Assembly (NCBI GenBank): GCA_965248195.1 | Contig: CBDFIQ010000002.1 | Coordinates: 2,304,001 to 2,368,000, forward strand | Direction of reading: 5' to 3' | DNA: 64,000 nucleotides | Origin: Longimicrobiales bacterium | GTDB lineage: Bacteria > Gemmatimonadota > Gemmatimonadetes > Longimicrobiales > Gaopeijiaceae | In this document: one piece after another, positions 1 to 10,662 of the stretch | Numbering within the stretch: the first letter of the stretch is position 1 | Layout: each line of letters opens with the position of its first letter | The notes under the pieces: model-generated | Seen by the model: only the letters and a program-made list of their open reading frames with translations | Databases searched by the model: none | Told to the model about the DNA's origin: nothing | Made by a program: the position numbers and the translations under genes

Positions 1-399
1 CACGGTTTCCGCGGTAATCGCCACCACCGCCTCGGAATGGCGGAGGGTATATCGCAGATCATCGGCCGTCAGTCTCGGATTCAAAGGCACCAGGACGGCC
101 CCCAGCTTGGCCACTGCGAACATCGAGATGACGAACTCCGGCCACGACGGCATCACAACGGCCACCCGATCTCCCGGCTCGATACCGAGACCATGCAGCG
201 ACGCCGCCAGAGCCTCCGCACGAGTCTCCATCTGCCCGAATGTGACGACCTCGTCTCCGTGGATCAGAAAGGTGCCTTCCGGATCCGTCGTGGCACGTGA
301 GGCGAGGGCGGCCGGCACCGTGAGGTCGGCCGGTCGTCCTCCGACCGACTCGCCCCTCTTCCGTTTTTTTGGTACCGGACCCGAATCCGAGGCGTTCAC
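1..399 (-). CDS. AMP-binding acyl-CoA synthetase/ligase, N-terminal part (runs off the window)
   Basis: Manual translation from GTG at 399: ...TFGQMETRAEALAASLHGLGIEPGDRVAVVMPSWPEFVISMFAVAKLGAVLVPLNPRLTADDLRYTLRHSEA..., a typical ANL-family N-terminus. It is absent from the ORF track because it has no stop in the window. Confidence 0.85.
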   Translation of the reverse strand, partial: MNASDSGPVPKKRKRGESVGGRPADLTVPAALASRATTDPEGTFLIHGDEVVTFGQMETRAEALAASLHGLGIEPGDRVAVVMPSWPEFVISMFAVAKLGAVLVPLNPRLTADDLRYTLRHSEAVVAITAETV

Positions 400-408
400 G
401 TCTGCACT

Positions 409-1521
409 CTAGAAGGCGTTGACGAGGCCCAACACGGTGTCTTCGTCGACAGGATGACTCCACGACCCGTCGGCAGCGTGGACCGCTCCGATACGAGAGA
501 GTAATACGAAGCGCGTCCGTCCGCGGCGAACCTTCTTATCCGAAGCAAGATAAGTCATGATGTCGTCTGGCGCGGCCCCATTCGGGATACCGACCGGAAG
601 TCCCACACTCGCCACGACCTGCTCGAGTCGCTCAACGACGTCTGGGCCGGTCACCCCCAGCGACACTCCAAGGCGAGCCTCCAGAATCATTCCGCACGCG
701 ACGGCGGTCCCGTGGGGAACACGAAAGGAACAGGCCGCTTCGATCGCGTGGCCGAGAGTATGACCGAAATTCAGGATCTCCCTCCGGCCGGCCTCACTTT
801 CGTCCTCCGACACCACCGCAGATTTCAGTTCCACCGACCGCGCCACCGCCCGCTCGAGCACACCGGCCTCTCCGTCCAGAATCGCCGGCATCTCTCGCTC
901 GAGCTCGGTGAAATACGCGTCATCCATGATCACGCCGTGCTTGACGGCCTCGATCATCCCCTGGGCCCGCTCGGCTCTCGGGAGCGTGGCCACGACGTCC
1001 GGATCCGCCACGACGAGATTGGGAGCGTGAAACGCTCCGACGAGATTCTTTCCGGCCGCGACGTCCACTCCGGTCTTTCCACCGATAGAGGCATCGATCA
1101 TCGCCACCAGACTAGTCGGTACCTGCACTACCGGGATGCCTCTCATGTACGTCGCCGCGACGAAGCCGCCGAGGTCACCCGTGACGCCTCCACCCATCGC
1201 GATCAGGCATGAGTCCCGGCCGAATCCGGCTTGGAGGAGGCGATCGGTCAAATCGGACCACGTGGTGCGACTCTTGTTTCGTTCACCAGCCCGGAAGGTG
1301 AAGAGTTCGGCATTCAGTCCGGCATCCTTCAGCTGAAGGATCGCGGGCTCTCCGTAGAGCGGCGCCACGTTGGAGTCGGAGACCAGGGCGTACCGATGGG
1401 CGGGCGCGTACTCCTCCAGCAACGGAGCCATGGAGCCGAGTAGGCCTCGGCCCACAAGCACCTGGTAGAGTCCCGACACCCCACTGGTCGTGACAGCAAT
1501 CGCAGCTGTCTTATCGGTCAT
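409..1521 (-). CDS. aroB: 3-dehydroquinate synthase
   Basis: Motifs GGGVTGDLGGFVAATYMRG, DASIGGKTG, LNFGHTLGHAIE, HGTAVA. Confidence 0.97.
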   Translation of the reverse strand: MTDKTAAIAVTTSGVSGLYQVLVGRGLLGSMAPLLEEYAPAHRYALVSDSNVAPLYGEPAILQLKDAGLNAELFTFRAGERNKSRTTWSDLTDRLLQAGFGRDSCLIAMGGGVTGDLGGFVAATYMRGIPVVQVPTSLVAMIDASIGGKTGVDVAAGKNLVGAFHAPNLVVADPDVVATLPRAERAQGMIEAVKHGVIMDDAYFTELEREMPAILDGEAGVLERAVARSVELKSAVVSEDESEAGRREILNFGHTLGHAIEAACSFRVPHGTAVACGMILEARLGVSLGVTGPDVVERLEQVVASVGLPVGIPNGAAPDDIMTYLASDKKVRRGRTRFVLLSRIGAVHAADGSWSHPVDEDTVLGLVNAF

Positions 1522-1534
1522 TAGCAGTCCATCC

Positions 1535-2821
1535 TCACGGGTTCCTCACGGACGCCGCTACCCCGGGCGTGCCCCCCACCAACAGCCGCGTCGCGGGAAG
1601 GCCCCCAATCTCCATCACCGTCAACGACGCTTGCCTGGGGAAAGCCGACAAGCGCGGCTCCAGCTCACGGGCGAATTCGTTACGCTGCGCCTCCGTGTCC
1701 CAGACACCGAACCAAGCGAGCGAGCGATGTCCATCACGGTCAGCCAGGAGTACGTAACGATCCCCCCCCCAGCCGAGTGCCGAGCTGCGAGAGGCGCCAA
1801 CCGTCTCTAACAGGATCCCGAGCTCCAGCTCGCCCAACGTGTCCTCGTAGAGGCGGCTCCACCCGTCTTCCACCGACACCTCGATTCTTCGAGGCACGTC
1901 CCGCTGCCCACGCACGAAATTCTCGGGGTGGAGTACCTGCTCCGTGGAACCCGGAAGGTCGGGGCCGAACGGCGGCGCACCGCGCCCTCGCTCTCTCCAA
2001 AGGGACTCGACCAACGTTACGCCACCTCTGTATGGAAACAACACGGACTCCTGCAAGACGAGGGGCGCTCCCGCAAGAGCCGGAGACTGAGTTGTCGCCG
2101 CCGCCAACGCCGGGCCCAAACGTGCAGAGAAATCCGGCACGTCCATGAGGTCCAACGCTCCCCGCCCCTGCTCACGCATCAGAAATTCAAACATCACCAG
2201 AGTCGCATGCCCCTCGATCGCCGCCTGTGCAGCCACGCGCCGGTCGTTGTTCAGGCCAGGGGCCGTGATGGCATCCAAATCCGTGCTCTGGTCCTGGATG
2301 GCGTGAACCAATTCGTGCACCAAGAGCGACTCGATCGCCTCGTCGGGCTGGTCGTCGAGAACGAACAGCGTCGTAGAGTCGGGATCGTAAAAACCTGCGA
2401 TCTGTTCCAGATAGAGGTCCTGGAGCGTGCCCCTCAAATCCATGTCAGGTGGAACGAGACCGAGGAGCGCGTAAGCCCCCGTGAGCAACTCGGCCCGCCC
2501 CTCCGGAAACTCCTCGTCGATCTTGAACTCCAAGTACCGCTCTAGGTCCGCCCGAGAGCGGCGCTCTACGCGGACCGGGTCTCGAAGCTCCATTCCCGAA
2601 CGGGACGCGAGGTCGGGTAGAATCCGCACCGCGATTTCCGCGAGCCTTGGATCGGATGACGTCACGAGCGCACGGTCTCCGGAACCCCCGCAGGCCAAAC
2701 CCGTGAGGAGAAGCGGCAGAACCAGAGCCGCCAACGCGCGCCGAGTCGGACCTCCCACCGATCCGCGGGGGACTGCACCCACCGGCGGGGGAATTTCACC
2801 CATCGGCGGGGACTCTTCCAT
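1535..2821 (-). CDS. Putative lipoprotein with HExxH zinc-metallopeptidase-like motif
   Basis: Hydrophobic stretch ending LAC (lipobox-like); GFYDP...HELVHAIQDQ...EGHA; STEQVLHP. Start uncertain. Confidence 0.7.
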   Translation of the reverse strand: MEESPPMGEIPPPVGAVPRGSVGGPTRRALAALVLPLLLTGLACGGSGDRALVTSSDPRLAEIAVRILPDLASRSGMELRDPVRVERRSRADLERYLEFKIDEEFPEGRAELLTGAYALLGLVPPDMDLRGTLQDLYLEQIAGFYDPDSTTLFVLDDQPDEAIESLLVHELVHAIQDQSTDLDAITAPGLNNDRRVAAQAAIEGHATLVMFEFLMREQGRGALDLMDVPDFSARLGPALAAATTQSPALAGAPLVLQESVLFPYRGGVTLVESLWRERGRGAPPFGPDLPGSTEQVLHPENFVRGQRDVPRRIEVSVEDGWSRLYEDTLGELELGILLETVGASRSSALGWGGDRYVLLADRDGHRSLAWFGVWDTEAQRNEFARELEPRLSAFPRQASLTVMEIGGLPATRLLVGGTPGVAASVRNP

Positions 2822-3161
2822 ACCGGTCCTCCAACCGGACGACGTCGTCCAGGTGCGGGGTCGATGCCTCTAGAACATCACAGTCCGTGATCGCGACCAT
2901 GCGGTGGACGGTTCCCGTAGAAACGTGGAAGCTCTCACCGGCCTTCAGGTCGATATCTTCGAGGTCGGTCTCGGAACTCCCCGCAGAAAAACGCATCTCG
3001 CCCGAGAGGAGGTGGATCGTCTCGTCTTTCCGTTCGTGGTACTGCAGTGAAAGTGCCTCACCCGCGTGAATGTGCAGGATCTTACCCACGTACTCGCTCG
3101 TGTCTGCCCAGATGAGTTCGTAGCCCCACGGCTTGTCCACGCGTCGCGGAGTATGCTTCAA
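2796..3161 (-). CDS. Cupin-domain protein (mannose-6-phosphate isomerase type II C-terminal-like)
   Basis: VDKPWGYE, LSLQYHERKDE, GTVHRM, DDVVRLEDRYGR. Confidence 0.9.
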   Translation of the reverse strand: MKHTPRRVDKPWGYELIWADTSEYVGKILHIHAGEALSLQYHERKDETIHLLSGEMRFSAGSSETDLEDIDLKAGESFHVSTGTVHRMVAITDCDVLEASTPHLDDVVRLEDRYGRVPADG

Positions 3162-3272
3162 GTTCGGCTTCCCGTTGGAGGTGGGGAAGAGGGCCGATCG
3201 AGGGCGAGCGTTCGGAACGTCCCGGAAAAGTGACGTTGACGGACACCGCGACCGAGGTCAAGGGTCGGAGCG

Positions 3273-3289
3273 CTGGCACGAAAGCTGCA
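3273..3289 (+). promoter_or_regulatory. Putative sigma54 (-24/-12) promoter upstream of PBP1A
   Basis: CTGGCACGAAAGCTGCA: GG-N10-GC spacing, one mismatch to YTGGCACGRNNNTTGCW. Confidence 0.6.
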
Positions 3290-3477
3290 ATCGGTTTGCA
3301 TGGCGACGGGACGGGTTCCGCCCGGTGATGGCAAGGGTGGCACGATCGAAGCCGCATTGGCTTGGATGGACCCTAGCGGCGTCTCATCGGTACGTGGACG
3401 GTGTCTATCCACAGCGTAGGGTGAGTGGGCACCCTCGGAGACGGGAAATCGGGGACGGCCGCTAAACAACGGGAGGT

Positions 3478-5622
3478 TTGATGTCCGTGATCAAAATGCT
3501 GTGGGATCCCCGCGTCTTGGGCCTCGCCGCGATTCTCTTCCTTTCGCTCGGGCTCGGCGTGGCCTGGGGTACCTGGCGGAACGTCTGCTCCGACTGCCCT
3601 TCGATCGCGCAGATCCAGACCTTCGAAGCCCAGCAAGCCAGCAAGCTCTACAGCCACGATGGGCGCTTGCTGGCGGAGCTCGGCGTCGAGCGCCGGACAC
3701 CCGTGTCCATCAACGCTCTCCCCGATTACGTGCCACAGGCGTTTGTGGCCGTGGAAGACAAGCGCTTCTACGACCACAGAGGCATCGACCCGCGCGGGAT
3801 CGCACGTGCGATCGTCGGCGTCCTCACCGGACGGAACCGCGGCGGCGGGAGCACGATCACGCAGCAGCTGGCCCGCAATATGTTCGAGACCCGGGTCGGA
3901 TTCGAGCGTCGACACATCTGGGGATTCGTCGTACGAAAGCTCAAAGAGTTTCAGGTGGCCTTCAACCTGGAGCGTGCGTACACGAAGGATCAGATCCTCG
4001 AAGCCTACATGAACGAGATCCTCTACGGGCATGGCTGGTGGGGCATCCAGACCGCCGCCAGAAACTACTTCGCGAAGAACGCCGCTGATCTCAACCCGGC
4101 GGAGGCCGCCCTCCTCGCTGCCATTCCAAACCGTCCGGGGTCCTACAGCCCGTTCTTGAACCTTGAAAACGCTGAACGCCGGAGGCGACTCGTGCTTCGG
4201 CGCATGGTCGAGCAGGACGTTCTCCCCGCGCACGACTTCGAGCGTTACGCGAACGCCCCGCTTCCGACCGAACGAGCGGTCGCGGGTGGGAGCGTGGCGC
4301 CCTACTTCGAGGAGTGGGTCCGCCAGATTCTGGACGACCGCTTCGGAAGCAAGCTCTACACCGCAGGATTGAACGTATACACGACCCTCGACGTACCCAT
4401 GCAACGGGCTGCGGAGACATCCATGCAGGAGGGGTGGGCCGGGATCGAGGCCCGGGCCGGCTTCGAACACATTACGTATGACGCCTACCAGGATTCCCTC
4501 GCCGCGGGGGTGGTGCTGGGTGATTCCGTCGCGTACGTGGAGGGGCTACTCATCGCCCTGGACCCATGGACCGGATCGGTCCGAGCCTTGATCGGTGGCC
4601 GGGACTTCAGCCTCTCGAAGTTCAACCGCGCGAGGCAGGCCCTACGCCAAGCCGGATCGGGCTTCAAACCTTTCGTATACACCGCCGCCGTGGCCAGCCG
4701 CATTCCCACGACCTATGTGGTTCTGGACGGCCCGTACGTTACGATGCAGGTCGACGGAACGGAGTGGAGGCCCACCAATTATTCGGGACGTTTCGAGGGT
4801 CCGATGACCCTTCGCACCGGCCTGATGAGATCTCAGAACTTGATCGCCATCAAGCTGGCCCAGGAGATCGGGCTCGAGAGCGTGGCCCAGACAGCGCGGC
4901 GTATGGGGATTCGAAGCGAGATCGAACGGTTCCCATCGACGGCCATCGGAGCGGTGGAGGTGATACCTCTGGAGATGGCCGAGGCGTACTCGACGTTCGC
5001 GAACCAGGGCACCAAGGTCCGGCCTTTCCCGATTCTGAGGGTCGAGGACGCCCAAGGACGGATTCTCTGGGACCCACAGCCGGAACGCACCGAGGTCCTC
5101 GACCCGCTGGTGGCTCGCATCATGACCTCCATGCTTCGGGGTGTGGTGGATGGCGGAACCGGATACAATGCCATCAGAAATGTGGCGGGGCTCCCGTACG
5201 AAGTCGTTGCGGGCGGCAAGACCGGTACGACGAACGACGGCACGGACATCTGGTTCAATGGCTTCACGCCGAACTTGCTCGCGACGGTTTGGTTCGGGAT
5301 GGACCTCCCCCAGGAGATCTGGCCGGGCGCGACCGGCGCCGGCGCCCCGGCACCCGTGTGGGGCAATTTCATGCGGCGCGTGTACTACGGGGATCCGAAC
5401 GCGCTCGACCAGGAACTACAGGAGCCGACGCTTCCGGTCCCCGAGCCGTGGGCGATCCCCGACGGGCTGGTGACGCGCCTCATCGACCGCACCACGGGGA
5501 AACTCGCCTCGCAGTGGTGCCCCCAAGAGGAGCAGATTTTGGAGATGTTCCTTCCGGGCACCGAGCCCACGGAGTACTGCGACCGAGACGACTTCGGCCT
5601 GTTCCGAGCTCCGACCGACTGA
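3478..5622 (+). CDS. mrcA: Class A penicillin-binding protein 1A (transglycosylase/transpeptidase)
   Basis: EDKRFYDH, GGSTITQQL, RKLKE; transpeptidase SGFK, SQN, KTG; SD GGGAGG. Confidence 0.93.
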   Translation: MMSVIKMLWDPRVLGLAAILFLSLGLGVAWGTWRNVCSDCPSIAQIQTFEAQQASKLYSHDGRLLAELGVERRTPVSINALPDYVPQAFVAVEDKRFYDHRGIDPRGIARAIVGVLTGRNRGGGSTITQQLARNMFETRVGFERRHIWGFVVRKLKEFQVAFNLERAYTKDQILEAYMNEILYGHGWWGIQTAARNYFAKNAADLNPAEAALLAAIPNRPGSYSPFLNLENAERRRRLVLRRMVEQDVLPAHDFERYANAPLPTERAVAGGSVAPYFEEWVRQILDDRFGSKLYTAGLNVYTTLDVPMQRAAETSMQEGWAGIEARAGFEHITYDAYQDSLAAGVVLGDSVAYVEGLLIALDPWTGSVRALIGGRDFSLSKFNRARQALRQAGSGFKPFVYTAAVASRIPTTYVVLDGPYVTMQVDGTEWRPTNYSGRFEGPMTLRTGLMRSQNLIAIKLAQEIGLESVAQTARRMGIRSEIERFPSTAIGAVEVIPLEMAEAYSTFANQGTKVRPFPILRVEDAQGRILWDPQPERTEVLDPLVARIMTSMLRGVVDGGTGYNAIRNVAGLPYEVVAGGKTGTTNDGTDIWFNGFTPNLLATVWFGMDLPQEIWPGATGAGAPAPVWGNFMRRVYYGDPNALDQELQEPTLPVPEPWAIPDGLVTRLIDRTTGKLASQWCPQEEQILEMFLPGTEPTEYCDRDDFGLFRAPTD

Positions 5623-5758
5623 GGACCCGTCCGATCTCGGTTGAGCGTCCCGCCTCACGGCTCCAAACGTCCCACTTGCCCGCGCTATTTCTCTCAGACG
5701 CCTGACCCCGATTCGGGTTTATATTGGGCTAGGAGTTTTCGGCATCATATAACAGTCT

Positions 5759-5794
5759 ATCGGAACCATTGCACAGATCCATCGGAACCATTGC
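5759..5794 (+). repeat. 14-bp direct repeat (ATCGGAACCATTGC x2, 22-bp period)
   Basis: Copies at 5759-5772 and 5781-5794, just upstream of ruvX. Confidence 0.85.
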
Positions 5795-5803
5795 CAAGAG
5801 GAT

Positions 5804-6229
5804 ATGCGCGTTCTGGGAATCGACCTCGGGGAACGACGCGTGGGCGTCGCGGTCAGCGATCCCACCGGTGCCATCGCCCAACCGCTGCCCACGCTCCGAA
5901 GGCGAGCCGGAAAGCGCATGCCCCTAGCCACACTCCACAACCTCGCGGAACAGTATGAGGTGCAGGGAATCGTGATGGGCCTTCCTTTGGCACCCTCCGG
6001 GGATGATACCGAGTGGACCCGCACCGTCCGCGAAGCCGCGAGCAAACTCGCGGAGCGTTCGGGCGTCCCGGTTCATCTCGTGGACGAACGGTTCACCTCC
6101 AGGGCCGCAGAGCGCGCCATCCGCGGGCTCGGTCTTCCGAAGAAGAAGCGAGAGGAAAAGGACCGGGTGGACGCCGCCGCTGCGGTTCTCATCCTGCAGA
6201 GCTGGCTGGATGCGAGGGCACGATCATGA
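5804..6229 (+). CDS. ruvX: Holliday junction resolvase-like / pre-16S rRNA nuclease YqgF
   Basis: LGIDLGERRVGVAVSD, VMGLP, VDERFTS, DAAAAVLILQSWL. Confidence 0.95.
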   Translation: MRVLGIDLGERRVGVAVSDPTGAIAQPLPTLRRRAGKRMPLATLHNLAEQYEVQGIVMGLPLAPSGDDTEWTRTVREAASKLAERSGVPVHLVDERFTSRAAERAIRGLGLPKKKREEKDRVDAAAAVLILQSWLDARARS

Positions 6230-7251
6230 GGGCCGCACAAAAGCGACGACCATCCGCGCCCCTCACCACCATCGCCCTCATCGCGTCGTGCTGCGCAGTG
6301 CTGGGAATGGCCGGCTGCGGCTCGGAGAACGCCGCGGGGACCATCGAAGTGACCGTGCCCGCGGGCACCACGTTCGACTCCGTCCTGGACACGCTGGTCA
6401 CGCGGGAGGTGGTGGTCGCGAGGCGCAGGTTTCGGTTTTACGCCCGTGTCACCGGCGCCGACCGGCGAATCCGTGCGGGCAGTTACGCGCTGGCCCCCGG
6501 CGCGCCTTGGGCGGAGATCCTCGAGGTATTGACCTCGGGACAGGTGATGACGTTCGGAATGACCATCCCGGAGGGGTTCACGATCGCCGACATGGCGCTC
6601 CGCGTGGCCGAGACGGTGGAGCGCCCCGCCGATTCGGTGCGCACCTGGCTTACCGATCCCGAGGCCCACCTTCGCTGGGGCGTGCCTGGACCCGGACTGG
6701 AGGGGTACCTGTTCCCGGACACGTATCGCTTCGCCCGAGGGGTCGCCCTGGATGTCGTGATCGAGGCGATGGTCAGGCGGTACCAAACGGCCTGGACGGG
6801 CGGGCGCCGTGCCCGCCTCGAAGAGTTGGAAATGTCCGAGAACCAACTGATCACGCTGGCCTCGATCATCCAAGCCGAGGCGCGGCGTGTCGAGGAGATG
6901 CCGACGATTTCCGCGGTGTACCACAACCGGCTCCGGTTGGGCTATCGGCTCCAGGCCGACCCAACGGTCCTATACGCACTCGGGGGACGCCGGGAGCGGC
7001 TCCTCTTCGCGGCAATCGACTCGGTGGCGAACCATCCCTACAACACCTACACGCAACGGGGCCTCCCCCCAGGGCCCATCGCCGCACCCGGTGAGGCGGC
7101 GATCCATGCTGCGCTCTATCCAGCGGACGAGCGCTACCTCTACTTCGTGGCGCGCCCGGACGGCAGCCATATCTTCACCAACAGCCTTGAAGAGCATAAT
7201 CGCGCTCGTGAGGTCGCCCGCAGCGAGCGGAGCGCGACCGCCAATCGCTAG
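6226..7251 (+). CDS. mltG: Endolytic transglycosylase MltG
   Basis: TIPEG, LEGYLFPDTY, LASIIQAE, LQADPTV, PYNTY..GLPPGPI; ATG at 6226 overlaps the ruvX stop (ATGA). Confidence 0.95.
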   Translation: MRAAQKRRPSAPLTTIALIASCCAVLGMAGCGSENAAGTIEVTVPAGTTFDSVLDTLVTREVVVARRRFRFYARVTGADRRIRAGSYALAPGAPWAEILEVLTSGQVMTFGMTIPEGFTIADMALRVAETVERPADSVRTWLTDPEAHLRWGVPGPGLEGYLFPDTYRFARGVALDVVIEAMVRRYQTAWTGGRRARLEELEMSENQLITLASIIQAEARRVEEMPTISAVYHNRLRLGYRLQADPTVLYALGGRRERLLFAAIDSVANHPYNTYTQRGLPPGPIAAPGEAAIHAALYPADERYLYFVARPDGSHIFTNSLEEHNRAREVARSERSATANR

Positions 7252-7320
7252 GAGCCCCCGCTAGGGGTCCCCGCCCGGTGCCGTCTGCCGAGCCTGCGCC
7301 CTCACGATAACCAGCGTTCT

Positions 7321-7986
7321 ATGGAAACCCTTCACCTCGCCCCCCGGCTACGCCTGACCGTCATTACCGACGAGGCGTTGGCGCGGCCCCGGGCACTCTT
7401 CGAGGTCGTCCGAGAGGCGCTCACTGCCGGTGCCCCCACCATCCAGCTTCGGCTCAAGGGCGCCACTGCCCGTGAACTGCTCGAGGCGGCCCAGACACTC
7501 ATGCCGATCGTCCGGGCAGCGGGTGCGCTTTTCATCGTGAACGACCGCCTGGATGTCGCGCTGGCCGCCGGCGCGGATGGCGTGCACCTCGGCCCGGACG
7601 ACCCTCCGGTCGTGGACGCCCGGGCGGTTGCCGCGGACACGCTCGGCGCTGTGGCAGACGCCTTCATCGTCGGATACTCGGTAGACACCACGGAGGGAGC
7701 CGTACGAGCAGAGGCCGAGGGAGCGGATTATCTCGGGGTCGGCGCCGTATACGAGACGGCGAACAAGTCCGACGTGGGAGCTGTCATTGGCCTCGATGGC
7801 CTCCGGAGCGTGGTGGAGGCGGTCTCCATCCCGGTCGTGGCGATCGGGGGCATCACCCCGGAACGAGCAAGAGCCGTCGCGGAGACCGGAGCGTGCGGAT
7901 CTGCCGCCATTGGCGCGATCATGGGTGCACCTGACCCGGCCGAGGCGGTGCGGGCCCTGCTTCTACCGTTTGGCGGAGCCGCCTGA
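7321..7986 (+). CDS. thiE: Thiamine-phosphate synthase
   Basis: IQLRLK, IVNDRLDVALA, GVHLGPDD, GADYLGVG, VVAIGGI. Confidence 0.95.
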   Translation: METLHLAPRLRLTVITDEALARPRALFEVVREALTAGAPTIQLRLKGATARELLEAAQTLMPIVRAAGALFIVNDRLDVALAAGADGVHLGPDDPPVVDARAVAADTLGAVADAFIVGYSVDTTEGAVRAEAEGADYLGVGAVYETANKSDVGAVIGLDGLRSVVEAVSIPVVAIGGITPERARAVAETGACGSAAIGAIMGAPDPAEAVRALLLPFGGAA

Positions 7987-8000
7987 CGCGATCCGCTGTC

Positions 8001-8016
8001 CTTCTTCAACAGCCTC
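8001..8016 (-). repeat. Solo copy of the MITE-type terminal repeat (GAGGCTGTTGAAGAAG on the - strand)
   Basis: Matches the outer part of the 32230/32532 TIR and abuts the TAG stop of the PHP gene. Confidence 0.55.
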
Positions 8017-8835
8017 CTACCACCCACCCGCCTCGATCAGCTCCCCCACGTCCTCCTCGGTCACGAAAAAGGAACCGAGCGGGTACCCTCGTTCGGGATC
8101 ATGCCAGTCGGAGCCGCCCGTCATGAGAAGTCCGTCCCCCCCGGCCGTTCGCTCCAGCTTCCTGATGTGCCGCGGGGTCGCCCGAGGCCGATAAACCTCC
8201 AGGCCCTTGAGCCCGGCTTCGATGAACGCCGGCAAAAGCCGGTGCAGCGCATGCATGGGTGGATGCGCCCACACGGGAATTCCTCCCGCATCGAGGATCA
8301 ACCGGATCGCCTCCTCTGGCGTTGCCAGCCGCGTGGGCACGAACGCCGGATGTCCGTCTCCGATCAACCGGTCGAACGCGTCGGGCACAGATTTCGCGTA
8401 CCCCCTCGACACAAGCGCCCGCGCCAGATGGGGCCGGCCGATGACAGACCGGTCTGGACCCGCCGCATCGAGCACCTCGGCCATCTCGATGAGAAGCCCC
8501 TGGCCGCGGAGGCGAGCGACCATCTCGTCCATCCGGCTCTCTCGAACTCCGATGGCGTGCCGCTCGTGCGCCTCGATCGACCCTGCCTGCGGATCGACGA
8601 AGTATCCGAGGATGTGGTATTCCCCACCCTCATGCGTGCTGCTCACTTCGATGCCCGGGATAATTTCGACGGGAAATTCGGCTGCCGCTGACATCGCTTC
8701 CGGGATTCCCGCCACGGTGTCGTGGTCGGTGATGGCCAGTACATCAAGACCGCCGTCGGCTGCGAGGCCGACTACCTCCGCCGGACTCATCAAACCATCC
8801 GATGCAGTGGTATGAACGTGGAGGTCGAGCCTCAT
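8017..8835 (-). CDS. PHP-domain metal-dependent phosphoesterase (TrpH/YciV-like)
   Basis: DLHVHTTASDG, AITDHDT, GRPHLA, WAHP, GGSDWH. Confidence 0.93.
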   Translation of the reverse strand: MRLDLHVHTTASDGLMSPAEVVGLAADGGLDVLAITDHDTVAGIPEAMSAAAEFPVEIIPGIEVSSTHEGGEYHILGYFVDPQAGSIEAHERHAIGVRESRMDEMVARLRGQGLLIEMAEVLDAAGPDRSVIGRPHLARALVSRGYAKSVPDAFDRLIGDGHPAFVPTRLATPEEAIRLILDAGGIPVWAHPPMHALHRLLPAFIEAGLKGLEVYRPRATPRHIRKLERTAGGDGLLMTGGSDWHDPERGYPLGSFFVTEEDVGELIEAGGW

Positions 8836-8866
8836 TGACTAATGCAACGCTGGGGCTAGGGTGCCG

Positions 8867-9198
8867 TCAGCCGGCGCGGTCCATGGCGTCCAGGATTTCG
8901 CCCACGTCGAGCTCGGCACCGGCGGGAATCTCCTCCGGAGCTTCCGTGCCACCGTACTCGGTGAGGATGATCAGATCGTTGCCCTCGACCTTGAGCACTC
9001 CGCCCACCACAAAGAACCGCTCGCTACCACCCGCTGGAAGATCGATGGACAATTCCCCGGACCCCAGAAGCGCGATCATCGGCGCGTGGCCAGGCAAAAT
9101 GCCGACCTTTCCGTCCCACGCCGGCGCGACCACCGATGCCGCCGGCCCCTCAAAGAGCACCGAATCGGGCGAGACGACGCGGACCTGCAGCTCCGACA

Positions 9199-9199
<1 letters not shown>
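8867..9199 (-). CDS. atpC: ATP synthase F1 epsilon subunit
   Basis: VVSPD...GILPGHAPMI...GGVLKV; last atp gene. Confidence 0.93.
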
Positions 9200-10632
<1,433 letters not shown>

Positions 10633-10662
10633 CTATCTCCAGTCGGTGTTCGGCCTGCTCCC

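Noticed and set aside
7252..7320. TPP riboswitch before thiE (or before thiD)
   Set aside because: No CTGAGA or ACCTGAT core; the spacers are too short.
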